DNA of 64,000 bases from an uncultured Actinomycetota bacterium (lineage in GTDB: Bacteria; Actinomycetota; Acidimicrobiia; Acidimicrobiales; Bog-793), in assembly GCA_963769255.1 (NCBI GenBank), contig CAVYKV010000002.1, positions 448,942 through 512,941 of the forward strand. The letters run 5' to 3'. Both the position numbers and the translations under genes were made by a program. The notes under the pieces are model-generated. The model had not been told where the DNA came from, did no database searches, and was given only the letters and a program-made list of their open reading frames with translations. This document shows positions 38,952 to 49,326 of the stretch, in pieces. The number at the start of each line of letters is the position of its first letter. Positions within the stretch are counted from its first letter, which is position 1.

Positions 38952-39874
38952 TCACCGTCGGCCGGGGCCGCCGAGCGCTGCTCCAACCACCTCCGAAACC
39001 CCGCCGCGTTCGAATGGAACCCGTTCAACGTCTCGAGCTTCCTGCGGGTGGTCTCGTCCGCCGGCGCCGTGGCGCTGGCAAAGCGGGCCTCGAGGGCGGC
39101 CGCCATGTCCTCGCCGGCGCGCCAGGCCCGCTCCGCTTCCTCCGCCCACGCCCGCAAGGTGTCTGCCGCCTCCCCGAGGAGCTCGTCGGGCTGGGCCGGG
39201 ACGAGCCCGTAGTGGGCGAGGGCGATGCCCGTGGGACGAGCCTCGGCGAAGCGTTGCAGGGAGGTGAGGGCCTGCTCGAGGTCGAAGTCGGGCGGGGGCG
39301 TGGCGGGGCGGAGCATGCCGCCGTCCGGCAGGCGGACCCCGACGGCGTCGCCGGCGAACAGGAAGCCGCTCTCCGAGTCGACGAGGCCGAGATGGTGCTT
39401 GGCGTGGCCGGGCGAGTCGATCGCCCGGAGGGTGCGGCCCGCCCCGATGGCGATCTCGGCGCCGTCCTCGAGCACGACGATGCGGTCGGCCGGCGTCGGG
39501 TCGAGGCGTCCGTAGAGCGAGTCCAGGAGCGGGCCGTACACGCGGGCGGCCGAGTCGACGAGGCGGGTGGGGTCGACGAGGTGCCGTGCCCCCTTCGGGT
39601 GCACGTAGACGGTGGCGTTCGGGAAGGCGCGGGCGACGTCGCCGACGCCGCCGGCGTGGTCGAGGTGGATGTGGGTGACGGCGACGCCGGCGAGGTCGTC
39701 CGGCCCGAGGCCGAGCGTGGCGAGGGCGGCGAGGAGGGTCTCGATCGAGCTCTGGCTGCCCGTCTCGACGAGGACGGGCCGCTCGCCCTCGATGAGGTAG
39801 CCGGCCGTCATGCGCTCCCAGCCGCCGAGGAGCGTGTCGATCTCGACGACTCCGGGGGCGAGCCGGGACGTCAC
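38948..39874 (-). CDS. MBL-fold metallo-hydrolase
   Basis: THIHLDHAGG, PGHAKHH, FAGDA. Confidence 0.92.
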   Translation of the reverse strand: MTSRLAPGVVEIDTLLGGWERMTAGYLIEGERPVLVETGSQSSIETLLAALATLGLGPDDLAGVAVTHIHLDHAGGVGDVARAFPNATVYVHPKGARHLVDPTRLVDSAARVYGPLLDSLYGRLDPTPADRIVVLEDGAEIAIGAGRTLRAIDSPGHAKHHLGLVDSESGFLFAGDAVGVRLPDGGMLRPATPPPDFDLEQALTSLQRFAEARPTGIALAHYGLVPAQPDELLGEAADTLRAWAEEAERAWRAGEDMAAALEARFASATAPADETTRRKLETLNGFHSNAAGFRRWLEQRSAAPADGD

Positions 39875-40707
39875 GTCCGCTCTCGCAGCCAGGTCCGGGC
39901 GATGACGGAGGCGTAGCGGGGGCCGTAGAGGAGGTTGCTGCCCTTCTTCGACTGGCCGGAGGCGCGAGGGTGCCAGACGGTCGGGCGCTCCCCGATGCGC
40001 CAGCCGCGGGCGGCGGCGCTGATGATGAGCTCTGCCGTCTGGTACTGGTCCTGCTCGAGGAGGACGTCGCGCAGGACGTCGGTGCGCAGCGCCCGGAAGC
40101 CGTTGGACGTGTCCGTGAGGGACTGCCCCGTCAGCCGGTTGATGACGGTGGCGAAGACGCGCACGCCCGTCTTGCGCAACTGGTCGCCGGAACGGTCGCC
40201 CGTGTTGTCGACACCGAGGCGACGGCTGGCGATGACGAAGTCGAGGTCACCCTCGATGACCGGCTCGAGGAGCACCGGGATCTCGGCCGGGTCGTTCTGA
40301 CCGTCGGCGTCGAGGGTGACGACGTACTGGGCTCCCTTGTCGATGGCGAGCTGGTAGCCGAGGCGGAGTGCGACGCCGTGGCCGAGGTTGCAGGGAAACT
40401 TCGCCCAGTACACCCCGGCTGCCTCGCACACCTCGTCGGTACCGTCGTCGCCGCCGTCGATGACGACGAGCGTCGAGGTCGCAAGGCCGTGCACCTCGCT
40501 CGGGACGGCCTTCAGGACCGGACCGATGTTGTCGGCCTCGTTGTAGGCGGCCAAGAGGACGAGCACGGGGGCGAAGCTGAACCCGGGGCTGCGCCGCTCG
40601 AGATCCTGCCGGGCGAGATCGGCGCCCAGGCGCTTCATGTCGGCGTAGCGGCGCTCGAAGCGGTCCCGCGGTCCCTTCGCCGGCGGGATGAGGTCGACGG
40701 CGCGCAT
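39871..40707 (-). CDS. GT2 glycosyltransferase (DPM1-like)
   Basis: AAYNEA, IDGGDDGT, TLDADGQ, LTDTSNGFR. Confidence 0.9.
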   Translation of the reverse strand: MRAVDLIPPAKGPRDRFERRYADMKRLGADLARQDLERRSPGFSFAPVLVLLAAYNEADNIGPVLKAVPSEVHGLATSTLVVIDGGDDGTDEVCEAAGVYWAKFPCNLGHGVALRLGYQLAIDKGAQYVVTLDADGQNDPAEIPVLLEPVIEGDLDFVIASRRLGVDNTGDRSGDQLRKTGVRVFATVINRLTGQSLTDTSNGFRALRTDVLRDVLLEQDQYQTAELIISAAARGWRIGERPTVWHPRASGQSKKGSNLLYGPRYASVIARTWLRERT

Positions 40708-41759
40708 CAGCCCGCTCGACCGATCTCGATCACGACCTTCACGTCGTCGGGTTCCCGTTGCAGGGCGCTGGCGAAGTCCTCCATCGGCACCTTGCGGGTG
40801 ACGACCTTGCCGAGCCAGTCCTTGTCGGCCTTGGCGAGGGCGTCGCCGGCCGCCACGTAGTGGCGGCGGTTGGCGTTCACGGAGCCGACGACGCACTCGT
40901 TCTCGAGCACCATGTCGCGGTTGAGGAGGCCAGCGTCGACGGTGAGCGTCCGCCCGGTCGGCGAGACGCCCGTGAGGCAGAGCACCCCGCCGGGGGCGAG
41001 GTGATCCATGGCGTCGAAGACGAGCGCGCCGACACCGGTGCACTCGATGACGATGTCCGGGGATCCGCAGGCATCCTCCACCTTGCCCGTGTGGTAATGC
41101 GCTCCCAAGGCGGCCACGAGGTCGGGCTTGAGGCCGCTCGTGACCTGGTCGATGACGTGTACCTCGAGGCCCTTCTGGACGCCGATGAGCGCTGCTAGGA
41201 GGCCGATGGGACCGGCACCCGTGACGACGGCCCGCTCCGGCTCCCAGATGGCCCGGTTGCCCACGAGCAGCGCCTGCTCCCACGCCTTGGCGACGACGCT
41301 CGTCGGCTCGAGGAGGACGGCGAGGGTGCCGAGGGTCTCGTCCACCTTCACGACGGCATCGGCGTTCGCCCGGTAGCGCTCCCGCATGAAGCCATCGAGC
41401 GACTTGATCCCGTGCTCGGTGTACTGGCCGTTGCGGCAGAAGTCCCACTCTCCCTTGGCGCAGCTGTAGCAGGGCACCGGATCGGGCCGGCGCACGATGC
41501 CGACGACGAAGTCGCCCGCCCCGAGCCCCGCCCCGTCGGGGGCCTCGCGTACCCGACCGATGGACTCGTGGCCGAGCACGAGACGCTGGTGTCCCTCCGG
41601 CGGCCAGCCGTACTCGCCGGCGGAGATTTCGAGGTCGGTCCCGCAGACGCCGACGGCGAGGACGTCGACGAGCACGGGGCCGTCGCTCTCGGGGGGCTCG
41701 CCGATGTCGTCGAGCCGGGCGCTGTCGGCCGTACCGGGCAGGACGGTGATCGCCTTCAA
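40707..41759 (-). CDS. Zn-dependent glucose 1-dehydrogenase (MDR)
   Basis: GVCGTD, GHE, VRRPDPVPC, GAGPIG, GSVNAN. Confidence 0.9.
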   Translation of the reverse strand: MKAITVLPGTADSARLDDIGEPPESDGPVLVDVLAVGVCGTDLEISAGEYGWPPEGHQRLVLGHESIGRVREAPDGAGLGAGDFVVGIVRRPDPVPCYSCAKGEWDFCRNGQYTEHGIKSLDGFMRERYRANADAVVKVDETLGTLAVLLEPTSVVAKAWEQALLVGNRAIWEPERAVVTGAGPIGLLAALIGVQKGLEVHVIDQVTSGLKPDLVAALGAHYHTGKVEDACGSPDIVIECTGVGALVFDAMDHLAPGGVLCLTGVSPTGRTLTVDAGLLNRDMVLENECVVGSVNANRRHYVAAGDALAKADKDWLGKVVTRKVPMEDFASALQREPDDVKVVIEIGRAG

Positions 41760-41808
41760 GGTGTCCTCCTTGTTCGTTCTCGGCTCGTGGCCCGATCGGG
41801 AGCCATGC

Positions 41809-43722
41809 TCAATGGCTGAGCCTCACGTGCCGGTGCGGCAGGTGGCCGTAGCGGGGGTGGCGACTGGTGGGGCGCGGCGCGGGGCGCACCCCCTGTAGCC
41901 GCTCCCGGTGCGTCATGCCCGTCCCGAGGTGCTCCTGCGACAGCCCGACCGCCGTGTTCACGAGGGACACGTGCGAGAAGGCCTGCGGGAAGTTGCCCAC
42001 CTGCCGCTTGGCGATGGGATCGTACTCCTCGGATAGGAGTCCGAGGTCGTTGCGAAGGGCGAGCAGCTTCTCGAACAGCGCCACGGCCTCGTCGTGGCGT
42101 CCGATGAGGTGGAGGTCGTCCGCCAGCCAGAACGAGCAGGCGAGGAAGGCGCCTTCCCGGCCCGTCAGCCCGTCGACGTGCTCGGAGTTGGTCGAGTCGT
42201 AGCGCATGACGAAGCCGTCCTGCGTGAGCTCCCGCCGCACCGCCTCCACCGTGCCGACGACTCGCTCGTCCTCGGGGGGGAGGAAGCCGACGAGGGGGAT
42301 CATGAGGACGCTGGCGTCCAGCTCCTTCGACCCGTAGTACTGCGTGAAGGTCTTGCGCTCGGCGTCGTAGCCACGCTCGAGCACCTCGGAGTGGATCTGC
42401 TGGCGCAGCGCCCGCCAGCGGTCGAGCGGCCCGCTCAGGTCGTACTCCTCGATGTCGCGCACGGCGGCGTCGACGGCCGCCCAGGCCATCACCTTGGAGT
42501 GGGTGAAATGCCGGCGCGGCCCCCGCACCTCCCAGATGCCGTCGTCCGGCTCCTTCCAGCCCGACTCGAGGAAGTCGAGGATGGCGAGCTCGAGATCCCA
42601 CGCCGGGGTGCTGGACGGGATGGAGAGGCGGCGGGCCTCGTGGAGGGCGCTGATGACCTCGCCGTAGACGTCGAGCTGGTACTGGTCGGCGGCAGCGTTG
42701 CCGACCCGGACCGGTGAGGAGCCCTCGTAGCCGGGGAGCCACGGGATCTCCCGCTCGAGGAGGGTCCGTTCGCCGGAGGGGCCGTACATGATCTGGAGTT
42801 TCGAGGGTTCGCCGGCGACCGCTCTGAGCAACCAGTCGCGCCAGGCGGCGGCCTCCTCGCCGTATCCGGCGGCCATGAGGGCCGAGAGCGTCAGCGTGGC
42901 GTCCCGCAGCCACGAGTAGCGGTAGTCCCAGTTGCGGGAGCCGCCGAGCGATTCCGGCAGCGAGGTCGTGGGCGCCGCGATGATGCCCCCCGTCGGCCGG
43001 TAGGTGAGCGCCTTCAGGGTGATGAGCGACCGGACGACCGGCTCCTGCCAGCTGTCGAGGGAGAGGCTGCCCATCTCGGCCCACGACTGCCAGTAGCGCG
43101 CCGTCTGGCGAACGGCGAAGGCGGCGTCGATCGGTCGGGGCAGCTCGTGCGTGGAGCCGAAGTAGCTGAGGACGAACGGCACGCTCTGGCCTTCGCGCAG
43201 CACGAACTCGGCCACCGTCGTCATGTCCTCGCCGTGGGCGTGCACCGGCGACCAGAGAGCGAGGCCGTCCGGCCCGGCGACGGCGACGAGGGTGCCGTCG
43301 ACGTGGCGGACCCAGGGGATGACCGTCCCGTAGTCGAAGCGGAGCACGAGATCCATGCGCATCTCCACGGCGCCGCTGAGGCACTCGAGGAGCCGGACCA
43401 TCTGGGGGGCCTCGTCCCGCACGAGCATGCAGTCGGTCAGGCGGACGGCGCCTTCGGGCAGCTGCCACTCCGTCTGGAGCACGAGGGAGTCGCCGACGTA
43501 GGACCGGCGTGTCGCCAGCAGGGGGGCACCGTCTCCCGGCTTCGGGCTCGCCTTGGGTGCGAGGCGCCAGTAGCCGTTGCCCTCCGAGCCGAGAAGGCGG
43601 GCGAAGCAGGCGGGCGAGTCGAAGCGCGGCAGGCAGTACCAGTCGACGGACCCGTCCCGCCCGACGAGCGCTGCCGTCTGGGTGTCGCCGATGAGCCCGT
43701 AGTCCTCGATGCGTAACGCCAC
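41809..43722 (-). CDS. GH15 glucoamylase/trehalase-like
   Basis: IEDYGLIGD, NWDYRYSWLRD, DDGIWE, LLSEE, GNFPQAFSH. Confidence 0.95.
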   Translation of the reverse strand: MALRIEDYGLIGDTQTAALVGRDGSVDWYCLPRFDSPACFARLLGSEGNGYWRLAPKASPKPGDGAPLLATRRSYVGDSLVLQTEWQLPEGAVRLTDCMLVRDEAPQMVRLLECLSGAVEMRMDLVLRFDYGTVIPWVRHVDGTLVAVAGPDGLALWSPVHAHGEDMTTVAEFVLREGQSVPFVLSYFGSTHELPRPIDAAFAVRQTARYWQSWAEMGSLSLDSWQEPVVRSLITLKALTYRPTGGIIAAPTTSLPESLGGSRNWDYRYSWLRDATLTLSALMAAGYGEEAAAWRDWLLRAVAGEPSKLQIMYGPSGERTLLEREIPWLPGYEGSSPVRVGNAAADQYQLDVYGEVISALHEARRLSIPSSTPAWDLELAILDFLESGWKEPDDGIWEVRGPRRHFTHSKVMAWAAVDAAVRDIEEYDLSGPLDRWRALRQQIHSEVLERGYDAERKTFTQYYGSKELDASVLMIPLVGFLPPEDERVVGTVEAVRRELTQDGFVMRYDSTNSEHVDGLTGREGAFLACSFWLADDLHLIGRHDEAVALFEKLLALRNDLGLLSEEYDPIAKRQVGNFPQAFSHVSLVNTAVGLSQEHLGTGMTHRERLQGVRPAPRPTSRHPRYGHLPHRHVRLSH

Positions 43723-43781
43723 GCCGTCATCATGGCCGACAGAACGTCGGCGATGCCCGCGTCGTCGCCTACCTGTGGCGC

Positions 43782-44960
43782 TCAGTCCGAGATGCAGCTC
43801 CCCGTGCCGACGCGACGGCCTGGCGGCGCCGCCTCGGCGAGGTGCACCCGCTGCAGCACGCCGGGGGAGGCGAGGGCGAAGCCGACGTCGCCGTTCGCCG
43901 AGTCGCGCGAGAAGACGACGCCGACGACTTCACCGTCCGGCTCGACGAGGGGTCCCCCCGAGTTGCCCGGCCGCACGAGGGCGCGGATCTCGTAGATCTG
44001 CCGCTCGGTGCTGGCCGTGTCGTAGATGTTGGGCGACTCGGGGTCGAAGCGCATCATGACGCCAGCCGGCTGGGCATCGAACGGACCGCCGCCCGGGTAG
44101 CCGAGCACGACGGCCTTCGTCCCGCGGCCGACGTAGCCGGGATCGACGGTGAGCGGCGGCAGGCCGAGGCCGGACACCCTGAGGACGGCGAGATCGAAGT
44201 CGGGATCGAAGTAGACGGGCGTCGCCGGCTCGGACTGCACGCCGTCGTTCTCGCTGATGGAGGTCGCCCCCGCCACCACATGGGCGTTCGTCACGACGAG
44301 GCCGGGCGCCACCACGAAGCCGGTGCCCTCGACGACGACGTCGGCACACCCGGTGGCGACGATCTGCACGGTGGACGATCCCGCCGTGTCGACGGCACGG
44401 TGCACCTCGGCGCCGGTGGCGACGGCCACCGGGGCGACGGGACCGATGAGGCCCATGCAGGGGATGGGGAGGCCGGCCTGGTCGAGGAGGCAGGCCTTGC
44501 TGGCGATGGCGGAGGGGACGTCCGGCATGACGCTCGAGACGAACCGCACGACGCGGGAATTCTGGATCTCGCCCGAGATGACGCTCACCTGGCTGTCGGC
44601 GAGGAAGGCGGCGAGCAGCCAGACGATCACGAGGACGCCCGCCATGGCGATGAGCGCTCCCCCGCTGGCGTCGAGGGCAGCCACCCGCCGGCCTCGCATG
44701 CGGTGCCAGAGCCTCGCCCCCACCTGCCGCCCGATCCCCCACGTGATCGTGGAGGGGACGAGGAGGAGCAGCAAGGACACGAAGGTCCTCGTGAACACGC
44801 CGTGGAGGTACGGCTGCACGATGACGGCGAGGGCGATGCCGAGGGCGAGCCCCAGCACCCCGCCCACGTAGGAGAGCACCTGCACGGCGGCACCGAGGCG
44901 GAGCCCGTGCACGGCGGCCGCCAGCACGAGCACGATGACGACGACGTCGAGGGCGTCCAC
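43782..44960 (-). CDS. marP: MarP-like membrane serine protease (CvpA TMs + trypsin domain)
   Basis: 4 TMs; VTNAHVV, DLAVL, PGNSGGP. Confidence 0.88.
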   Translation of the reverse strand: MDALDVVVIVLVLAAAVHGLRLGAAVQVLSYVGGVLGLALGIALAVIVQPYLHGVFTRTFVSLLLLLVPSTITWGIGRQVGARLWHRMRGRRVAALDASGGALIAMAGVLVIVWLLAAFLADSQVSVISGEIQNSRVVRFVSSVMPDVPSAIASKACLLDQAGLPIPCMGLIGPVAPVAVATGAEVHRAVDTAGSSTVQIVATGCADVVVEGTGFVVAPGLVVTNAHVVAGATSISENDGVQSEPATPVYFDPDFDLAVLRVSGLGLPPLTVDPGYVGRGTKAVVLGYPGGGPFDAQPAGVMMRFDPESPNIYDTASTERQIYEIRALVRPGNSGGPLVEPDGEVVGVVFSRDSANGDVGFALASPGVLQRVHLAEAAPPGRRVGTGSCISD

Positions 44961-44993
44961 AGCGCTACGTCCGCTCGGCGGGGCGGCGCACGG

Positions 44994-45608
44994 TTAGCCG
45001 CCGGGGGGCGCCATGTCGCCGGGAAGGCCGGGACCGCCGAGCGGCTCGATCCCGAGATCCCGGTAGGTGAGCACGGCGACGTAGGCGACGCCGAGCTCAC
45101 CGAAACGAGGCGCCAAGAAGTCCCCCCGGTCGAGCAGCGTGCAGGCGGCCGCCACGTCCGCCCCACTCTCCCGCACGACCTCGTAGGCCTCGAAGAGCGA
45201 CTTGCCGGTCGAGACGGTGTCCTCGAGGACGACGACGCGCACGCCCGGGCCGATGCGGGCTCCCTCGATCCGCTGCTGGCGGCCGTGGTCCTTCACCGCC
45301 TTGCGGACCGAGTACCACGAGCAGTCCGTCAGCATCGCCACGGCGTGGGCGACGGGATCGGCTCCCATCGTCATCCCGCCGATGGCGTCGAAGGAGACGC
45401 CCTGTCCGGAGAGGGCGGCGGCGAGCGCCCGGGCGGCCACCCGCAGGTCGGCGCCCCGCGCCACGGCCCGGCGCAGGTCGACGTAGTCGTAGCTCGTCCC
45501 GCCGGCCGAGAGCGTGAAGGGTTCCGTCCGGCGCTCGTAGCCGCGCGCCAGCACGAGACTGCGGAACTCGTCGTGGAGATCGGCGTCCGAGGCGACCGTG
45601 GTGTCCAT
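44994..45608 (-). CDS. pyrE: orotate phosphoribosyltransferase
   Basis: FTLSAG, YVD, GADP, RKAVKDHG, LEDTVSTG. Confidence 0.92.
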   Translation of the reverse strand: MDTTVASDADLHDEFRSLVLARGYERRTEPFTLSAGGTSYDYVDLRRAVARGADLRVAARALAAALSGQGVSFDAIGGMTMGADPVAHAVAMLTDCSWYSVRKAVKDHGRQQRIEGARIGPGVRVVVLEDTVSTGKSLFEAYEVVRESGADVAAACTLLDRGDFLAPRFGELGVAYVAVLTYRDLGIEPLGGPGLPGDMAPPGG

Positions 45609-45702
45609 CAGCGGCCCGAGTGTAGGCCGGGGCAACGGCACGACGACCGCGCCCGGGCGACTCGGGACGACGGGAGGACTCGGGCCGACTAGACCTGTAC
45701 CC

Positions 45703-46494
45703 ATGGGCGGCCAGGCGCTCGATCCCCGAACGAATGGCGTCCCGCGACGGCGCAACCCGCGTCGCCCCGACACGGCCCCCCACCGCCGCGAGGGCGGCCT
45801 CCCGGAGCACCATCATCGCGACATCTCGGGGGGCGGGGCGAGGGCGGCCGTCTTCGGGATCAGTGACGGCCTCGTCTCCAACACCTCCCTCGTGCTCGGC
45901 ATCGCCGGCGCCGGCGCCGGCTCGGCCGTCATCCGCCTCGCCGGCTTGGCCGGGCTCCTCGGCGGCGCCTTCTCGATGGCGGCCGGCGAGTACATCTCCA
46001 TGCGTGCCCAGCAGGAGCTCTTCCAGCGGGAGATCGAGATCGAGCGCCGCGAGATCGAACGCCGCCCCGCCAGCGAGATGCGCGAGCTCGTCCACCTCTA
46101 CGAGACCCGCGGCCTCGCCCACGACCTCGCCCTCCAGGTGGCCGAGGCCATGATGGCGACACCCGAAGTCGCCCTCGAGACGCACGCCCGGGAGGAGCTG
46201 GGCATCGATCCGAGCGCCCTCGGCCGGCCGATCGAGGCGGCCGTCTCGTCCTTCGTGACCTTCGCCGTCGGGGCCTTCCTGCCGCTCCTCCCGTTCCTCT
46301 TCGCCTCGCGGTCGGCGGCCACCCTCTGGGCGGTCGCCATCGCCGGCGTCGCCGCCCTCGTCGTCGGGGCCTTCCTGGCGATCTTCACCGGGCGCAAGTG
46401 GTGGTTCTCGGCCCTCCGCCAGCTCCTCATCTGCGCCGTGGCCGGCGCCGTCACCTTCGGGGTGGGCTCCGCCATCGGCGTGAGCGGCGCGTGA
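45703..46494 (+). CDS. VIT1/CCC1 Fe/Mn transporter
   Basis: RAAVFGISDGLVS, SMAAGEYISM, HAREELG. Confidence 0.92.
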   Translation: MGGQALDPRTNGVPRRRNPRRPDTAPHRREGGLPEHHHRDISGGGARAAVFGISDGLVSNTSLVLGIAGAGAGSAVIRLAGLAGLLGGAFSMAAGEYISMRAQQELFQREIEIERREIERRPASEMRELVHLYETRGLAHDLALQVAEAMMATPEVALETHAREELGIDPSALGRPIEAAVSSFVTFAVGAFLPLLPFLFASRSAATLWAVAIAGVAALVVGAFLAIFTGRKWWFSALRQLLICAVAGAVTFGVGSAIGVSGA

Positions 46495-47063
46495 CGTCGA
46501 CGGCCGGCATGGCGACACGATCCTCCGGGCGTCCCGCCCGCGTCGAACCGACGATCTACCTCGTCCGCCACGCCCACGCCCGCAGCCGGGAGGGCTGGGA
46601 AGGGATCGACTCCGAGCGCCCGCTCACGAAGCGGGGCGTCGAGCAGTCGCGCCGCGTCGCCACCTACCTGGCCGAGCTGGAGGACCGCCCGCCTTCACGC
46701 CTGCTCTCGAGCCCGGCGGTGCGTTGCCTGCAGACCGTGCAGCCCCTGGCGGGGGCGACGAACCTCGAGGTCGTGCCGGCCGACTGGCTGGACGAGGGCT
46801 CCGACGCCACCCACGCCCTCGAAGAGCTGCGGGCGCTCGCCGCCCGCCTTGACCCGCCCTCGGGCGTGGGCGGCCCCATCGCCGCCTGCACCCACGGCGA
46901 CGTCATCTGGGGCCTGCTGGAGGACCTGCACCGCTCGGGCGTGGAACTCGGCCCGCAGCCGGGCGCCCCGAAGGGTGGCGTCTGGATCCTCACGTCCGGC
47001 GCCGAGGGCGCCACCTCTGCCCGTTTCCACCACCCCGAAGAGGCCAGGAGGCACTCGCCATGA
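46491..47063 (+). CDS. histidine phosphatase (SixA-like)
   Basis: LVRHA, RPLT..G, SSPAVRCLQT, CTHG. Confidence 0.88.
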   Translation: MTSTAGMATRSSGRPARVEPTIYLVRHAHARSREGWEGIDSERPLTKRGVEQSRRVATYLAELEDRPPSRLLSSPAVRCLQTVQPLAGATNLEVVPADWLDEGSDATHALEELRALAARLDPPSGVGGPIAACTHGDVIWGLLEDLHRSGVELGPQPGAPKGGVWILTSGAEGATSARFHHPEEARRHSP

Positions 47064-47767
47064 CGGACGACGGCAACGTCGGGGGCCTCCTCGCTCTCGT
47101 CGGTGGCGACGAGTGGCGCCCGGGTTGCGACTTCGACGCCGAGCTGCTGGCGCGCTCCGGCGGCGACGAGGTCGTCATCCTCCCTACGGCGGCCGCCTAC
47201 GAGCACCCCGAGCGCGCCGTCGAGACGGCCGTGCGATGGTTCGCCTCCCTCGGCGGGCGGGCGCGCGGGCTCATGGTGCTGAGCCACGCCGACGCCTGCC
47301 GGGAGGAGAATGCGGAGGTGGTGAGGGGGGCGGGTTTCGTCTATCTGTCAGGGGGCTCGCCGTTGCACCTCCTGTCGGTCCTGAAAGGCTCCGCCGTCTT
47401 CGCCGCCCTCAACGACGCCTGGCACGCCGGTGCCGTCGTCGCCGGTTCCTCCGCCGGCGCCATGGTGCTCTGCGACCCCATGGTCGACCCGAGGGGCGGG
47501 GCCTTCACGGTCGGGCTCGGCCTCGTCGAGCAGCTCGCCGTCGTGCCGCATCACGACGGCGGGGGTGCCGGCCTCCTCTGGCGCACGCTCGCCCTCGCCC
47601 CGGCCGGGCTCCCCGTCGTGGGCATCCCGGAGCGGACGGCCCTGTTGCGCGAGCCGAGCGGCTCCTGGCGCAACGCCGGCGAGGGGGAGGTGGCCGTCGT
47701 CGTGGACGGGCAGGCGCGCCAGCTCGACGCCCTGGGTGGCGGGGCCAGCCTCAGTCGGCCTCGCTGA
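47060..47767 (+). CDS. peptidase S51/cyanophycinase-like protein
   Basis: LVGG, LPTA, YLSGG, GSSAGAM, VPH. Confidence 0.85.
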   Translation: MTDDGNVGGLLALVGGDEWRPGCDFDAELLARSGGDEVVILPTAAAYEHPERAVETAVRWFASLGGRARGLMVLSHADACREENAEVVRGAGFVYLSGGSPLHLLSVLKGSAVFAALNDAWHAGAVVAGSSAGAMVLCDPMVDPRGGAFTVGLGLVEQLAVVPHHDGGGAGLLWRTLALAPAGLPVVGIPERTALLREPSGSWRNAGEGEVAVVVDGQARQLDALGGGASLSRPR

Positions 47768-48305
47768 TCGTCACCGAGTCGATGGTGACCCGCTCGCGGG
47801 GCGCACCCGACTTCGAACCGATGCCGTCGATGGCGGCGAGCACGTCCCTGCCGGCCACCTGCTGGCCGAAGTAGGAGTAGAGGGGCGGCAGCCTCACGCC
47901 GTCCGGCCCGGAGATGACGAAGAACTGGCTGCCGTTCGTGTCCGGGCCGGCGTTCGCCATGGCGAGAGACCCGATCTGGTACTTGCCCGCCGGCGGCAGC
48001 TCGTCCTCGAAGCGGTAGCCGGGACCGCCGGCGCCCGTGCCCTCCGGGTCGCCCCCTTGAATGACAAAGCCCGGGATCACCCGGTGGAAGGTGATGCCGT
48101 CGAAGTAGTGGTAGCGGGCGAGGAAGATGAAGTTGTTCACCGTCCGGGGCGCCGCCAGGGCGTCGAGGTGGAACACCATCGTCCCTTTCGAGGTCACCAT
48201 CTCGGCGCTGTAGCGCTTCGAGAGGTCGATGCCCATGGGCGGCGGAGCGGGGAAGCGCTGCGTCTTCGGGGCGGATCCGTCTGCGGAGGGGAATTCGACG
48301 GTCAC
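47751..48305 (-). CDS. cyclophilin peptidyl-prolyl isomerase
   Basis: FHRVIPGFVIQGGDP, AMANAGPDTNGSQFF. Confidence 0.95.
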   Translation of the reverse strand: MTVEFPSADGSAPKTQRFPAPPPMGIDLSKRYSAEMVTSKGTMVFHLDALAAPRTVNNFIFLARYHYFDGITFHRVIPGFVIQGGDPEGTGAGGPGYRFEDELPPAGKYQIGSLAMANAGPDTNGSQFFVISGPDGVRLPPLYSYFGQQVAGRDVLAAIDGIGSKSGAPRERVTIDSVTISEAD

Positions 48306-48314
48306 GTTGACCTC

Positions 48315-49184
48315 CTAGGCCTTGACCTGCTTGAGGGTGACTTTCAGTAGGTACACCTTCGTCGTCGGCGTACCGGCGCTCGTCCCGTACGTGCCCAGCT
48401 TCTCGACGGTGGCGAGACCGGAGACGACCGTCCCGAAGTCCGTGTAGTTCGGCTCCTTGTTGAGGGTCGTCTGGCCGCCCGGGAGCACGAGAAAGAACTG
48501 GCTGCCGTTCGTCTTGGGCCCGCTGGTGTTCGCCATGGCGATGTCGCCGACGTGGTAGCAGGCGGCCTGGGTGGGCTTCGTCGTACAGGACTTCGGCGGC
48601 GTGTTGCCGGTGTACGAGTACCCGGGAAGCTGGTGGGTGCCGCCGGAGCCCGTGCCCGTGGGGTCGCCGCCCTGCACGACGAAACCCGGGATGATCCGGT
48701 GGAAGAACGTCCCGTTGAAATAGTCCCACTCGGCGAGGAAGACGAAGTTGTTGACCGCCGCGAAGGAGGAGGCGGCGTCCATCTTGACGGTGAAGTCGCC
48801 CACGGAGGTGTCGAAGGTGGCGTCCCAGACCGACGACTTCTTGATGCAGGCGGGCGGGGCCTTCTTGAACCAGACGACCCGTTTCGTGTTGTTCTTCGGG
48901 GCGCACTTCGGCTCGACGGCGGCCGACGTCAGCGGAACGGTGGAGGGGACCGGGAACGTCGTCGTGGTCGTGGTGGCGGCCTTGGTCGTCGACGTCGTAC
49001 CGGCCGCCTTCTTCGGGGGGTTGCCGCTCACCTGGATGAGCACGACGATGAGGACGATGCCGCCGATGATGATGGCGCCCCAGACGCTGCGCCGCAGGGT
49101 CTTGCGGCGCTGGTGGTGCTTCTGGATGATGGCTTGCTTCTCCGCCCGCAGGGCGCGCTGGCGGGCTCGTTTCTCGCTGGGCAC
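48315..49184 (-). CDS. membrane-anchored cyclophilin
   Basis: Basic N-terminus + TM; [19 protein letters not shown]...NGSQFF. Confidence 0.92.
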   Translation of the reverse strand: MPSEKRARQRALRAEKQAIIQKHHQRRKTLRRSVWGAIIIGGIVLIVVLIQVSGNPPKKAAGTTSTTKAATTTTTTFPVPSTVPLTSAAVEPKCAPKNNTKRVVWFKKAPPACIKKSSVWDATFDTSVGDFTVKMDAASSFAAVNNFVFLAEWDYFNGTFFHRIIPGFVVQGGDPTGTGSGGTHQLPGYSYTGNTPPKSCTTKPTQAACYHVGDIAMANTSGPKTNGSQFFLVLPGGQTTLNKEPNYTDFGTVVSGLATVEKLGTYGTSAGTPTTKVYLLKVTLKQVKA

Positions 49185-49326
49185 GGTGGCAGAGGCTACC
49201 GGCAGTGGGGGGGAGGGGGGAAAGCGGGCCGTTCGGCCCTCTGCGTTCCCATCTCCGCCCCGGGCTGCGGGACGGGCAGCAGGCGAGTTCGCAGCCCGGG
49301 CGTGCCTGCCCGGTAGCTTGTCGCCC

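Noticed and set aside
34712-39916. 1734-aa plus-strand ORF and similar long ORFs (27132-30236, 47551-50517, 52577-55537)
   Set aside because: GC-rich shadow frames of Arg/Pro/Gly-rich nonsense; only sub-segments (permease N-half, DUF4129) are real
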